A stretch of 62,854 nucleotides of DNA, the filler included, from Nemertoderma westbladi (lineage: Eukaryota; Animalia; Xenacoelomorpha): the NCBI GenBank assembly GCA_032718475.1. It is 3 parts of 3 records of this genome, joined end to end, with 100 filler letters (N's around TTAATTAATTAA, not from the genome) between each part and the next. Parts side by side here need not be neighbours in the genome. Positions count along the whole stretch, not along the records: positions 1 to 31,497 come from JAUCBJ010008360.1; positions 31,598 to 56,234 come from JAUCBJ010008620.1; 1 more part is not named here. One strand, 5' to 3'. The translations under genes were made by a program, and so were the position numbers. The notes beneath the pieces are model-generated. The model did no database searches. It saw nothing but the letters and a program-made list of their open reading frames with translations, and was not told the origin of the DNA. This document shows, one piece after another, positions 27,118-37,729 of the stretch. The number at the start of each line of letters is the position of its first letter. Position 1 is the stretch's first letter.

Positions 27118-30100
27118 CCCTATTTAACCCGTGGGGTCAACATGACCCCCCCCCCCGTGGTTTTTTGTTATAACTCTGAAACAAACGCAGTTGAGAATCT
27201 GAAATTTTATGCCTTTTCTTTAAAATCTATTCCCTTCCTAATTGTAAAAACAGTATTTAAAATTTTGGGAAGTTTTCGAGTTATAGCACCATATTTTTTG
27301 AGACGTTATTTAAAAGTTCGATTTCATGAAATATGATTTGTTATTCCCCATTAAAAACTGTTTAAAATAACAATACAATGGTGGGCTATGTAAAAAAATA
27401 TCCGAATTCGCCCTAGGGAAAATATAACCAGTTATTAATCCCATCCCGCTTTTGGTAGCTTAGTTACATCCTATCAATTAGAATATAATAATAAAATATA
27501 AAATATTCGCATATTAATAGGTTCCATCCACTAGCTACCATGGTTACAATTCACAACCACTTTGATTATAACTTAAGGCAGCGACAGTAATGTACAGAGG
27601 CGCTTGCATATGCATATGTGGAAGAGGTATATTAAATCTGGAACTGATTTTAAAGATTGAGACCTGATAAAATGAGGGAGCAGAGTTCTAGAAATTCACA
27701 TTTGTTGCAATTCCTTCAATGATCAAATGTCCCTTTGATATTCAAGCAACTGAATTTTACGGTAGCTATGTTTTAGGTAAGCATAGCTATTATTTTCGAC
27801 ACTGGTTCCGTTCTCCTACTTTCCCGTAAAAAAATTTTATCGTAGCACTTGTTAATTTTTATCTATAATTTCAATTTATAATGCAGTAGTTCCTTTTAAA
27901 AAATATTATTCTAGAAGGAATACCGTTTTGACTAGAGTTCCGTATAGCACTACATTTTTGAAACATATTTCATTGTTACATGGCAACGTTGAAGAGTTGT
28001 AGAACAAATGAAAATAATTATATACTATTCTAAACCATAAATAAAATAAAATAATATTACGTTCTAGAACATATAGCTAGTTTATTTTTAATTTTAAAAT
28101 AGCTAGTAAATTAAAAAAAGTATATAAATGAATTTCTGAATACATTTAAATGAATATTGAAAATTGTTATATTTCTAACATATACCGGTAGCTAGTTTTT
28201 TTTAATTAAAATACCTAGTAAATCAAAAAAATAATTTTTAAATAAATTTCTGAATAGGCCAACATTTAAATTAATATTGAAAATTACCAAAGCCCCAAAC
28301 ATTAATAAAACAATTTTTATATTTTTTTAAAATTACAAGCTAATTAAAAATTGAAAAATAACTAGCTATATGTACTAGAACGTTATATTATTAATTTTAT
28401 TAAGTTCTAGAATAGTGTATAATATTTATATTTTGTTCTAGAACTCTACAATGTTGCCATGGTAACCATGATTTATGGTATAAAAATGTAGTGCTATGCG
28501 GATACGGAACTGTTACCTTAGTTTTAATATTTTCTACGTCAAGAGTCAGTCCCCAAATCTGCAAAACTGTTATAACAAAAGTACGTTATTCAAGAAAGAT
28601 CGATCGCTAAGGAGACGGGTTGTTGGACGCAAATCCCATCTCGGCGAATTTATATTTCGTCTTAATGTTAAATTAAAAATTAAGGGAAATTAGCTTTTAC
28701 AATTGCACTCTATTCTAACCAAAACAATAAGTTAAAGACAATAGAACAGGTTACAGTTGTATTTTTTAGGCGTAATCAGCTGTTAATTGCGTCGATTTTA
28801 CCCTGGAGCGGTATAAAGGTAAAAAAAGTAAAATGTTTATTCGGCCGTTAGGCCTGGGATTACGTGCAAAGTCGGGCGACCTATTTCCAGTGCGGGCCCC
28901 CTCGAACTACTGCATACTCCACAGAGGAAAAGCCAGTACCGGTACTCATTTGGTCATTGCAAGAAAAAATGCGCCCTTGTTACACCCGCTTTTTATTGCG
29001 TCGAAAGTCCCCTTATCTGTAGCTGGGAAATAAATCTGAGAAATAGAGCTATAAAATTTACGCTATTACCTACTATATAAATACATAATTTAATAAATGT
29101 ATTGATTGCTCTACTGCGCAGAAAGGCCACATATGAAAGCATTAAAAATGACTGAAATAATAGACATAAAATAAGATTACTGAAATAATAGACATAAAAT
29201 AAGATTACTGAAATAATGTCTACCATAAGTCATAGTCGTTGAATTAAATCGTATCAATATAGGAAAAGAATAGTGATAAGAATATATATGCATAGTTATT
29301 TCCCCCAAAAAATACCACGCCCCATTTTTAATCAACTCCCCCCAAACAAAACCCTTTTAGAAATGTTTGAAGCCTTAAGAAATAAATTACTCGTAGGTGA
29401 GTGAAGATAATGGGGAATAACACACTTATTACCCTATTATTGAGTTATTTTCCCGGTTATTTAACCCGCGGGCAGGAAATAACCCGAGGGCGAAGCCCGA
29501 GAGTGTTCCTGCCCAAGGGTAATAAATATAGTTACATCTCTATATTTGTTTGATTTGGGCCGGGTTTTTGGTGTTGGTGCTGGATTAGATGGAATTCATA
29601 TAAAATAAGCTAGAAATTTCAAATTTATTTTTTCGGCGAATGCCAACTTTTGGATTTCAAAATATGTCAGTTTTGTAAATTGATTGTTTGAAACTGTTTT
29701 TTGCGCAATATTATCAAACTTGTATTTTTCGGTGCTGTGTGCGAATTTGGTGCCAGCACGAAATTTTTAAAATCCTTTCAATAGTTCAATTCATTGTGAT
29801 AACTTATTTTTCTCGCATTTTAATGGTTTATGGGTGTTCTGAATTCAATGGAATGAAGCAGAAATACAGCGTAAGTATTATCTTAAACTAGTATTTATCA
29901 GAAGTGGGTGCAAAATTTGGTGCTAGCACCAAATTTTGAAACCCATCAAATATATCAATAGATTGTGTCACCTTGTTTCTAGCGTGATATATGGGTTTGT
30001 AAGATTTCTGAATTCAATGGAATAAGAAAAAATTGCATAACAGTTCTTAAACTTGTATTATTCGGCGCTGAGTGAAACTTTTTGTGCAATTTGTGTGCAT

Positions 30101-30714
30101 TTTTGAAAATTAGAAAATTTATAGCATCATCTTGTTTCTTGCGTAAAAAACAGCACTGGACATCTCAAACTTGTACTTTTTAGTGATGGGGTGCAGGCAT
30201 CAAAATTTGCCATATTACGCCGAAAAACACGAGTAGCAATGATCTGCAAAATTAGAATTGTATTTCATTAGAATCAGCCTGAGTACACCTGAAAATGTGA
30301 ATTTTATAGAATTGTATAAGTCAATTTTAATTTTTGTGTTCAAAATGAAAGTGCTGGTTACCGGTACTTGTTTTTTCATTTTTTTGCCTACGCAGTGGAC
30401 TGAAACTGTGACTGAAATTTATAGTAATCAGTTCATTTTTTAATATTTTCCAATGGATTTAGCGCCACAGAAAACCTGCATTGAAAAAAGATTAGGTGAA
30501 AATTGCGAATTTTGGTGCCTCAAAATAACCACCCCAGTAAATTTTTTCGAAATTTTTGTTTTCGTTCTCATTCGGACAAGTAAAAAAAAAAAAATCAGGC
30601 GTTTTCGTTAAAATTTGTAGATTTTAGAAGGGGGGGGGGGGGGGGGTTGTCAATATGCACCCCCCTCCTCCCCCGGGAGTTTGTATAACATTTTATAGAC
30701 CGGTACTAATAAGG
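27118..30714 (-). mobile_element. Non-autonomous piggyBac-type element, interrupted by nested insertions (~27350-29530)
   Basis: Starts TTAA-CCCTATT. Both ends are the reverse complement of the element at 39960-42073. Confidence 0.7.
27935..28512. mobile_element. Palindromic AT-rich MITE
   Basis: Ends agttccgtatagcactacattttt / aaaaatgtagtgctatgcggatacggaact with long inverted arms. Confidence 0.65.
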
Positions 30715-31229
30715 TGCACAAATGTCAGAAATAATTAATTCCTTCAACCAGACACCGTAGCGCTAGAACCTGAGCTATTGTTGATCAATTAAGTCGAATT
30801 CCATTTTTTCTCTTACGCACTAGTTTCTCTACATGAGTTCTAATTCTGTATCGAATCATTAAGTTGTAAATTTTGGCAGAAACAAAGTATCTCATCCCAC
30901 GATAGTTTGGTGGTACGCCGAAGCTTTTAGTCAAATTTGGCGGCTTTCCCCACCAACAAATTTTAACTGTTGCTCTATGTGAGCAGTTGGTTGTTACTTC
31001 TTATGATTGGTGATGTAAGCCACTTTGAGGTCGGTCTTCTTTAGCTTTCTCAACCTTGTTGATGTTTTCGGCTGTTAGTTGTTCAGTTTTTACTTTGTAG
31101 GCAACCGGTATCTTAACATTTTCCACTATTTTTTAATCGATTCATTCGCATTATTAAATTTAATTAAATGTTACCAAATAAACTATAATCTATAAGATCT
31201 ATAATCTATTATATTACTTTCCCTTGCAG

Positions 31230-31439
31230 GATTGTTGCCATCGCGAGCTATGTAGTCCACACTTCTTAAGCGAGTATTGCTGCGATACAAGATGGTATGA
31301 ATTCCAAGAACTGGCTAATCCTCAAACTTCTACAGAAACTGAAACGGACTCAATTGCATCACCTTCTGTGTCAACAAGCAATACAAGAAGAAGAAGACGG
31401 AGCTCTTGGGAACATTTAAGTCGTAGAAAAGTTTATTGA
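31230..31439 (+). CDS. Insulin-like peptide precursor, exon 2 (A chain + C-terminal extension)
   Basis: Acceptor tttcccttgcag|, phase 0, gives DCCHRELCSPHFLSEYCC (CC-x4-C-x8-C), then a Ser/Thr-rich and RRRRR tail and a stop. Joins exon 1 in frame (159 aa). Confidence 0.85.
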   Translation, partial: DCCHRELCSPHFLSEYCCDTRWYEFQELANPQTSTETETDSIASPSVSTSNTRRRRRSSWEHLSRRKVY

Positions 31440-31497
31440 TATAAAAGGAACTGTACTTATCTTATTGTTTGTATACAACACAGGAAATACTGTACAT

Positions 31498-31597
31498 NNN
31501 NNNNNNNNNNNNNNNNNNNNNNNNNNNNNNNNNNNNNNNNNTTAATTAATTAANNNNNNNNNNNNNNNNNNNNNNNNNNNNNNNNNNNNNNNNNNNN
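31498..31597. other. Assembly gap with TTAATTAATTAA linker
   Basis: N-run / linker / N-run; the same motif occurs at 56235-56334. Confidence 0.97.
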
Positions 31598-33179
31598 ACA
31601 CCATCTCCATACCGAAACCTAACTAACCAAAACAATAAACGATATCATTACAAATTAATGGAAAGGAGTGCCACACACGTCGCGTCTCTCCTCCACATCT
31701 TTGGAACGATACGGGTTACCACCAGCTGACGGCTGCGACCCTTCCATTAACTAAATAATTAGATAATTAGACATAGACGGGTTTAGACAAAGTTGTTGTT
31801 AGGAATGTTTTTGTTGAACGATTTAAAGCTGGCGTTTATAAACGTTTACAAGTCCGAAAAATTGACCTCAGCAAATTAAATATTTTGCCCCCCCCCCCCC
31901 CCCCAGCAAAATCCTAGAACCGCCCCTGTCGGTAGAGGACGCTCTAGGACATGAGACACGTAGTAAAGTTAATTGTTAAAGATGTCCCAACATTATTTTA
32001 GCTTTGTATTGTATTTATTTGTGTGCAATTAAAAGGTCATGGTACAATCAAATCAATCCCATCAAATCAAATCCATTCGTATTTTGAGTTTTTTCGAATT
32101 TGTTTTACAAATACAGGTTTAAATTTCAACTTTAAATTGCAAAACACATATTAATAGCGGTATCTAAGGTAACAATCGGGGGGGGGGGGGGGGGGGGGGG
32201 GTGGTTGTTGGGTTAATTAACATAGTCCTGTGGTCGGTTAGTTATAATAAATATAAAAAAAAAAAAAATTATTTAAATGATAATGGTCCGCTTTTCAAAA
32301 ATGTGCCCTACCCCACTCCAGATGCTCCCTACGTCCATGATACAGGTAAAGCTAGTAATTGGCTTGGAGGAGGGAGGGGGAACTGGAGGTACGTCGTAAA
32401 CCCTCCCACGAAATTGTTTATACTAATTAGTTGGGTAATTAGTTGTATTTGGAATCCTTGCAAGACAAGCTTTTTATTGATATGAAAAAATAAAGTTACT
32501 AAACATTAGTGTTTGATAATTTTTTAAATATTTCAAAAAATATTCGTTCTAGAACATTATTTTTTAAAAATAAAATAGCTAGTCATGTTCTGGTATATTT
32601 CAAAAAATAAATTCAAAAACTTAACTAGATAGTATATTAAATTTGGTCTTTCTGACTATCCGACAATCTGTCCATCATATATAAGAAAAGGATCAGTTTA
32701 GTTTAATACCTGGAGTATACTACGAGTTTCGTGGAGCTATACTTACCATGGAGCTATAGAGTTTCGATAAAGCTGTAAAGTTTCCCCCAGGATAATAATA
32801 ATAATTTTATAAAGGCTTTAATTAACCTAATCTTACTTAAAAATCATGACAACTAAATTATTGTTTACAAATACATTTCAACGGATACAATAAATTTGTT
32901 ACATACACTCTAATTATATTGACGCAAAGGAACAACAGATATCAAGAGAGAGACTTTCAGTCTGGATTTCCGCATAGAAAAATAGTTTTACAATAATTAG
33001 TATTAATTATTATGGGTAGAATGTATTCGAATATTTCAAGTGATTATTTCAATGAAACGTTGCAAATTATGACTACAACACTGTTGATAACGGTTATAAG
33101 ATAAGATAGTCTCTATACCATGTTATGTAGCAATCATAATAATAATCAGATTACACATCTTTACTTTAGGAAACATAAA

Positions 33180-33348
33180 TAGGTACAAGACCATACACAA
33201 CTGTTACATAATAGGTACAAAATGTACGCAACTTGGTACATAGTAGGTGTAAAAGGTACACAACTTGGTACATAATAAGTACAAAAGGTACACAACTTGG
33301 TACAATGGGTACAAAAGTTACACAACTTGGTACATTGTAGGTACAAAA
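33180..33348. repeat. Minisatellite, ~30-bp unit (AAAAGGTACACAACTTGGTACA...), about 5 copies
   Basis: Direct inspection. Confidence 0.8.
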
Positions 33349-34665
33349 CGGCGCCCGGGATACAATGGTGTACCCGGAAAGAAGATGCGCAGATAAACGG
33401 ATAAATTCGGCGAAAATAAACATAATTTCAGCATTCTTTAAAGATACCGACAGACCCAGCAACAGACTGCGGGAATACAGGAATAACGGGAGTTTGCGTA
33501 AATTAGCGGGAATCTCGAACTGTCGAAAGCTTTCCCGAGATCACTTCCGTTTTTACTGTACCGGTACCCAATTGTGCCCACATCCAGATCGATCCGATAA
33601 CCGATCACGTCGCCTAGTCCATATGGTTGTCCATAGTCGTCAAAATGCCGCCCGAAACACTTCTTACCGTTTCCTCCGAAGCCAAAACTATTTTTATCAG
33701 TCCCGATATCGAGTGTCGCGCTTCCGGTGCTCCAACCAACCCGGCATGGGCCCTCGCACCTCGTCCTTTACCGTCGCCTCGTAATAGCTGAATAGTAACG
33801 AAACGACCGGATCCGACTATTCCTTTAGTCGTCCGGGTACCGTGCCAACTCCTCTGGCCACGCGCATGACACAGCAACCGTCCGGGGAGATGGCCAACTG
33901 GTCACCTCTATCGCTCTATCGAATGAGTTCAACTGAAATTTCGTAGGCCTAGTTCTTCCCCCCGATTTCCCATCGAGTTTTCCATCTCGGAGTTTGTACC
34001 GTAGAGTTTCATGGACCAGCTGTAGTATCGGGATACAGAATGCCCCGGTCTTCCCGCTTCCGCCGCCATCAGCACAGTCTCCACCGCCCAGGATCAGAGC
34101 TGCAGAGGGACAGCCTCACCCTGCAAGTTGGTCGGTAGACTCCATTCCAGGACATCCAACGCGCGTCCGATTTCCTTCTGAACACCACAGTCAGCTACAG
34201 AGCTACGAATGATCCCATACTGTGTACTGCAGTACTGCCATACCTGCATACTGCAGTACTGCCATGCCATATACAATAGCCTAATGCAATAGGCCAATAC
34301 AGCAATAGTCATACAACCAGACTGCGTTCAGTGTTAGGCAAAACAGAAGTAGGCCTAGCCAAACAGCTAGGCTTGTACAGTCTGCAGTCTGACAGTTGTA
34401 GCTATAATAATTGCCGAAATGCATCGGATCGGATCGGATCGGACGGCATCTGACTATAAATGCACCCTAGCAGGATTCTCGATTCAGGGATTGAGTACAG
34501 CCTGACAGTACCGGTACATATGGTACATGCAGAATTGCAAAATTTGTCAGAAAACCAGCTGATTTATCCTACAGTAATAATAATTTAACGCATTTTAAAT
34601 TTGGATAAATAAATTTATTATAACTGCAATAACAGTTACACTGATGCTGCACGAAGGCCCCACGC

Positions 34666-34924
34666 AAATTCTACTTGGAAAATTTTCAAACTTTTGCCAA
34701 ACAACATGTGTACCAAGTTTGGATAGATTTCATCAAGGATTGGCCGAGTTATTAACGTTTAAAATAAAATACTGAAAAAAAACGCGACAGAACGACAGAA
34801 CGACAGAACGACAGAACGACAGAACGACAGAACGACAGAACGACAGAACGACAGAACGACAGAACGACAGGTTGATTAATGGTACCACTACGCTAAGGCT
34901 CACTCACTTCGTGGCTCGCCCCAC
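34666..34924 (+). mobile_element. Helentron/DINE-1-like element with (GACAGAAC) x ~11 expansion
   Basis: Homologous to 929-1143; perfect 8-bp repeat at ~34785-34870. Confidence 0.6.
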
Positions 34925-35221
34925 ATACAACTTGAAACAAACACCAGTCGGGATCCCTCAAACAATTAAAACAAATATTTCAAGAAAGAAAGTTTTGGCA
35001 AGCTGTATTTTTCGAGGTGTTTGTTATGATACATTTATTATAGGAAGGGATCTAGGGGTCTTAACCTCGAATGATAAGTTTATTTTAACGAAAATAACTT
35101 TATCTTTTATTGGCGCATTTGTAGGACTAATCCCATCACATGCGTACTTTATAACCGGGTAGTGTACAAATTTAGGAATCGCGTAATTTTTCTTGAAATT
35201 AATACCTCATATCTCTCCAAA

Positions 35222-35262
35222 CCATGTACGCGTTTCGACCTTGCTGGGTCTCATCAGCGTGG
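35222..35262 (-). ncRNA. Type I minimal hammerhead ribozyme, copy 1
   Basis: CCACG-CUGAUGA-GACC-cagcaa-GGUC-GAAA-CGC-GUA-CAUGG: full core, 4-bp stem II, palindromic ACGCGU stem III and GUA cleavage triplet. Confidence 0.88.
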
Positions 35263-35609
35263 TGTCGGATTCAAACCTAGGACCTCGAGGTGGAAGCCGA
35301 GACAACAACCACTAGGCCACAGATTTCAAAGCCAGCTACCATTTTATTAGCCCCTGATTTTCATTATTGATAGTAACAAGGTTTTTTGCAAGCTGTATTT
35401 TTCGAGGTGTTTGTTACGATACATTTGTTATAGGAAGGGATCTAGGGGTCTTAACCTCGAATGATAGTTTATTTTACCGAAAATAACTTATCTTTTATTG
35501 GCGCATTTGTAGGACTAATCCCATCACATGCGTACTTTATAACCGGGTAGTGTACAAATTTAGGAATCGCGTAATTTTTCTTGAATTTAATATCTCATAT
35601 CTTTCCAAA

Positions 35610-35650
35610 CCACATACGCGTTTCGACCTTACTGAGTCTCATCAGCGTGG
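35610..35650 (-). ncRNA. Type I minimal hammerhead ribozyme, copy 2
   Basis: CCACG-CUGAUGA-GACU-caguaa-GGUC-GAAA-CGC-GUA-UGUGG. Differences from copy 1 fall in the loop or keep pairing through G-U wobbles. Confidence 0.9.
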
Positions 35651-35710
35651 TGTCGGATTCGAACCTAGGACCTCGAGGTGGAAGCCGAGACAATAACCAC
35701 TAGGCCACAG
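35651..35710 (-). promoter_or_regulatory. tRNA-Gly(TCC)-derived internal Pol III promoter (second copy at ~35263-35322)
   Basis: A box TGGCCTAGTGG, loop CTTCCAC and B box GGTTCGAATCC, ending directly at hammerhead stem I. Confidence 0.8.
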
Positions 35711-36690
35711 GTTCTTGAGATATGGAGTATTAATTTCAAAGCCAGCTATCATTTTATTAGTCCCTGATTTTTATTATTGATAGTAACAAGGTTTTGGCAA
35801 GCTGTATTTTTTGAGGTGTGTGTTATGATACATTTATTATAGGAAGGGATCTAGGGGTCTTAACCTCGAATGATAAGTTTATTTTAACGAAAATAACTTA
35901 TCTTTTATTGGCGCATTTGTAGGACTAATCCCATCACATGCGTACTTTATAACCGGGAATAGATGAAAGAAAGATGATGGTATGATCAACTAATTATTAA
36001 AATTGGTGAAAGGAACAAAGGTATATGTAGCACGAAGAGGATTTGTATGAAATGAAGTGGGACTAATACCAGTCATAGAAGTCACAACTTCAGTTCAACG
36101 TAATTAAGGATGGCATATATGCCTAGGGACACGACTAAACAATGCACCTGAAGGATTGGGCTTTTATCCCTGATAATATCCTGACTATTAACCTGATAAT
36201 AATACCGAAGGAATCCCAATTGGTGTTCAAAATTATATTGGACGCACAAATAAAAGTACAGAATGGAGGAACAGAGGCAACCATTCCATTGCGGAGGTGA
36301 GACATAATTAATTATTGGATACAATCATTACGATGGAAAATAAAGAACTGCATTAACAAATGCTTTACTCAGTCTCTCACTCACGTATTGTCATACGTGA
36401 GTGAGAGACTGAATCAGGCCTGAATAAGTGAACAAAGATAACATCCAGGTGTCTGTCTTTCGTTTTTGAAAACTCTTCAAATATTGTTCCAAAAGGGCTA
36501 CTTCATTTTTACAAACACACATCTGAAACTAAAGTCCAAATTCAAACTGGGGGGATATGTGTAAATGTGTATACTCAATTTGTGTGAGCGTTTACAGTAC
36601 AGTAGTTGCGCTTAAATTTATTATTTTAATATTTTTGATGAAGTAATAAATGTAATTCAAGTTAGTGTAGATAGTTGCAAAATTAATAAA

Positions 36691-36967
36691 AATAAGTAAA
36701 CGGAGCAATACAGCAATATCGTAAATATATTTCGAATTAATATTATAATTCATTGTCAATACAAACACACTAACTAATAGAAGATAGATATATTGAATAT
36801 GAGATATGTATGTAATCCTAATCGCATAATAATAATAATGGAATAATAACACAGTCCTGCAAACTGGCCTAACTATAAGTATACTTAGTGTGTTTGTATT
36901 GACAATGAATTATAATATTAATTCGAAATATATTTACGATATTGCTGTATTGCTCCGTTTACTTATT
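36691..36967. repeat. Perfect 83-bp inverted repeat with 111-bp spacer
   Basis: 36691-36773 is the exact reverse complement of 36885-36967. Confidence 0.9.
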
Positions 36968-37056
36968 ATTATTAATTTAATATTTTTGTTAAATTTGATG
37001 GGGCTAGACATTTAGACAAAATAGTAGATAAATTCTAAATATGTTTTAATACTCAC

Positions 37057-37213
37057 GGATGGTATAAGTCGTAGTGATGACACCTGATTATCAAGAACAG
37101 TATTCCAGTCTGCAGGTGTCGCATAATCACCAGGTTCTAGAATAACGTAATAGGAACCATGTGTGCTCACATGCCAATTGAAATTCTGCAGTAGCCATGT
37201 TCCACGAGTGATT
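37057..37213 (-). CDS. Internal exon of a beta/gamma-crystallin-domain protein
   Basis: Acceptor tttttttag and donor gtgagt bound 157 nt encoding ITRGTWLL..GSYYVILEPGDYATPADWNTVLDNQVSSLRLIPS (Greek-key G.W..L.PG.Y..W..SSLR pattern). Confidence 0.75.
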
Positions 37214-37321
37214 CTAAAAAAAATTATAAAATACAATATTGATGTTAATGTCTACAGTTCTATAGGAGATTTATTAAGCAACAAAAAAATTGTTGCTTAT
37301 GACAATAAGGACATTGAGACA

Positions 37322-37545
37322 ACTAGGAAGCCCTGGTTCGATCCCTTGATGGGGCAGCACGGTTTGGGTACAATACTTCAAATGGTGCAACCTAGCCCAA
37401 CCCCGTCTTTCATTCTTGAGCGGTCGATAATAGGAATCAAGGCAACTTGAGAATCAGAGTGGAATGGTTTAATGTGGAAGATCACCCATGGCAGTGAACA
37501 GGCATTCCTTGGTTTAAAGAGCCTAAGATATTATCCCATTCAATT
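37322..37545 (+). mobile_element. Nin/Deu-domain tRNA SINE
   Basis: B box GGTTCGATCCC, then gcccaac...tttcat...ggtcgataa (Nin-domain-like). Homologous to 59398-59655, with 3' pieces at ~23270-23370 and ~25300-25375. Confidence 0.7.
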
Positions 37546-37729
37546 CTCAATATTATATTCGGGATAATCGCTCATTATATTGGTATATATTGATAAGATG
37601 TCCACAACCATGAGTGATTTTCCACAGTAAAATATTCGCCATGTTTTTTAAAGGAATGACTGTTCAATACAATGGGTAATTTTTCACGTTCATTTTTGAG
37701 TGTTCTTGGTGGGAAGAAATATTTTTTAA

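Larger units (their letters stand above)
34992..35957 (-). repeat. Tandem array (389 + 410 + partial 167 bp) of tRNA-promoter/hammerhead units, retrozyme-like
   Basis: Units start at 34992, 35381 and 35791. Each full unit has Pol III boxes followed by a hammerhead on the minus strand. Confidence 0.9.

Noticed and set aside
31541-31553. TTAATTAATTAA motif between N runs (also at ~56279)
   Set aside because: Scaffolding linker with stops in all frames; not biological.
35651-35710. Functional tRNA-Gly gene
   Set aside because: Acceptor and T stems do not pair properly; it is a tRNA-derived head fused to a ribozyme.
35960-36340. Coding-like purine-rich stretch
   Set aside because: Multiple stops and no recognisable motif.
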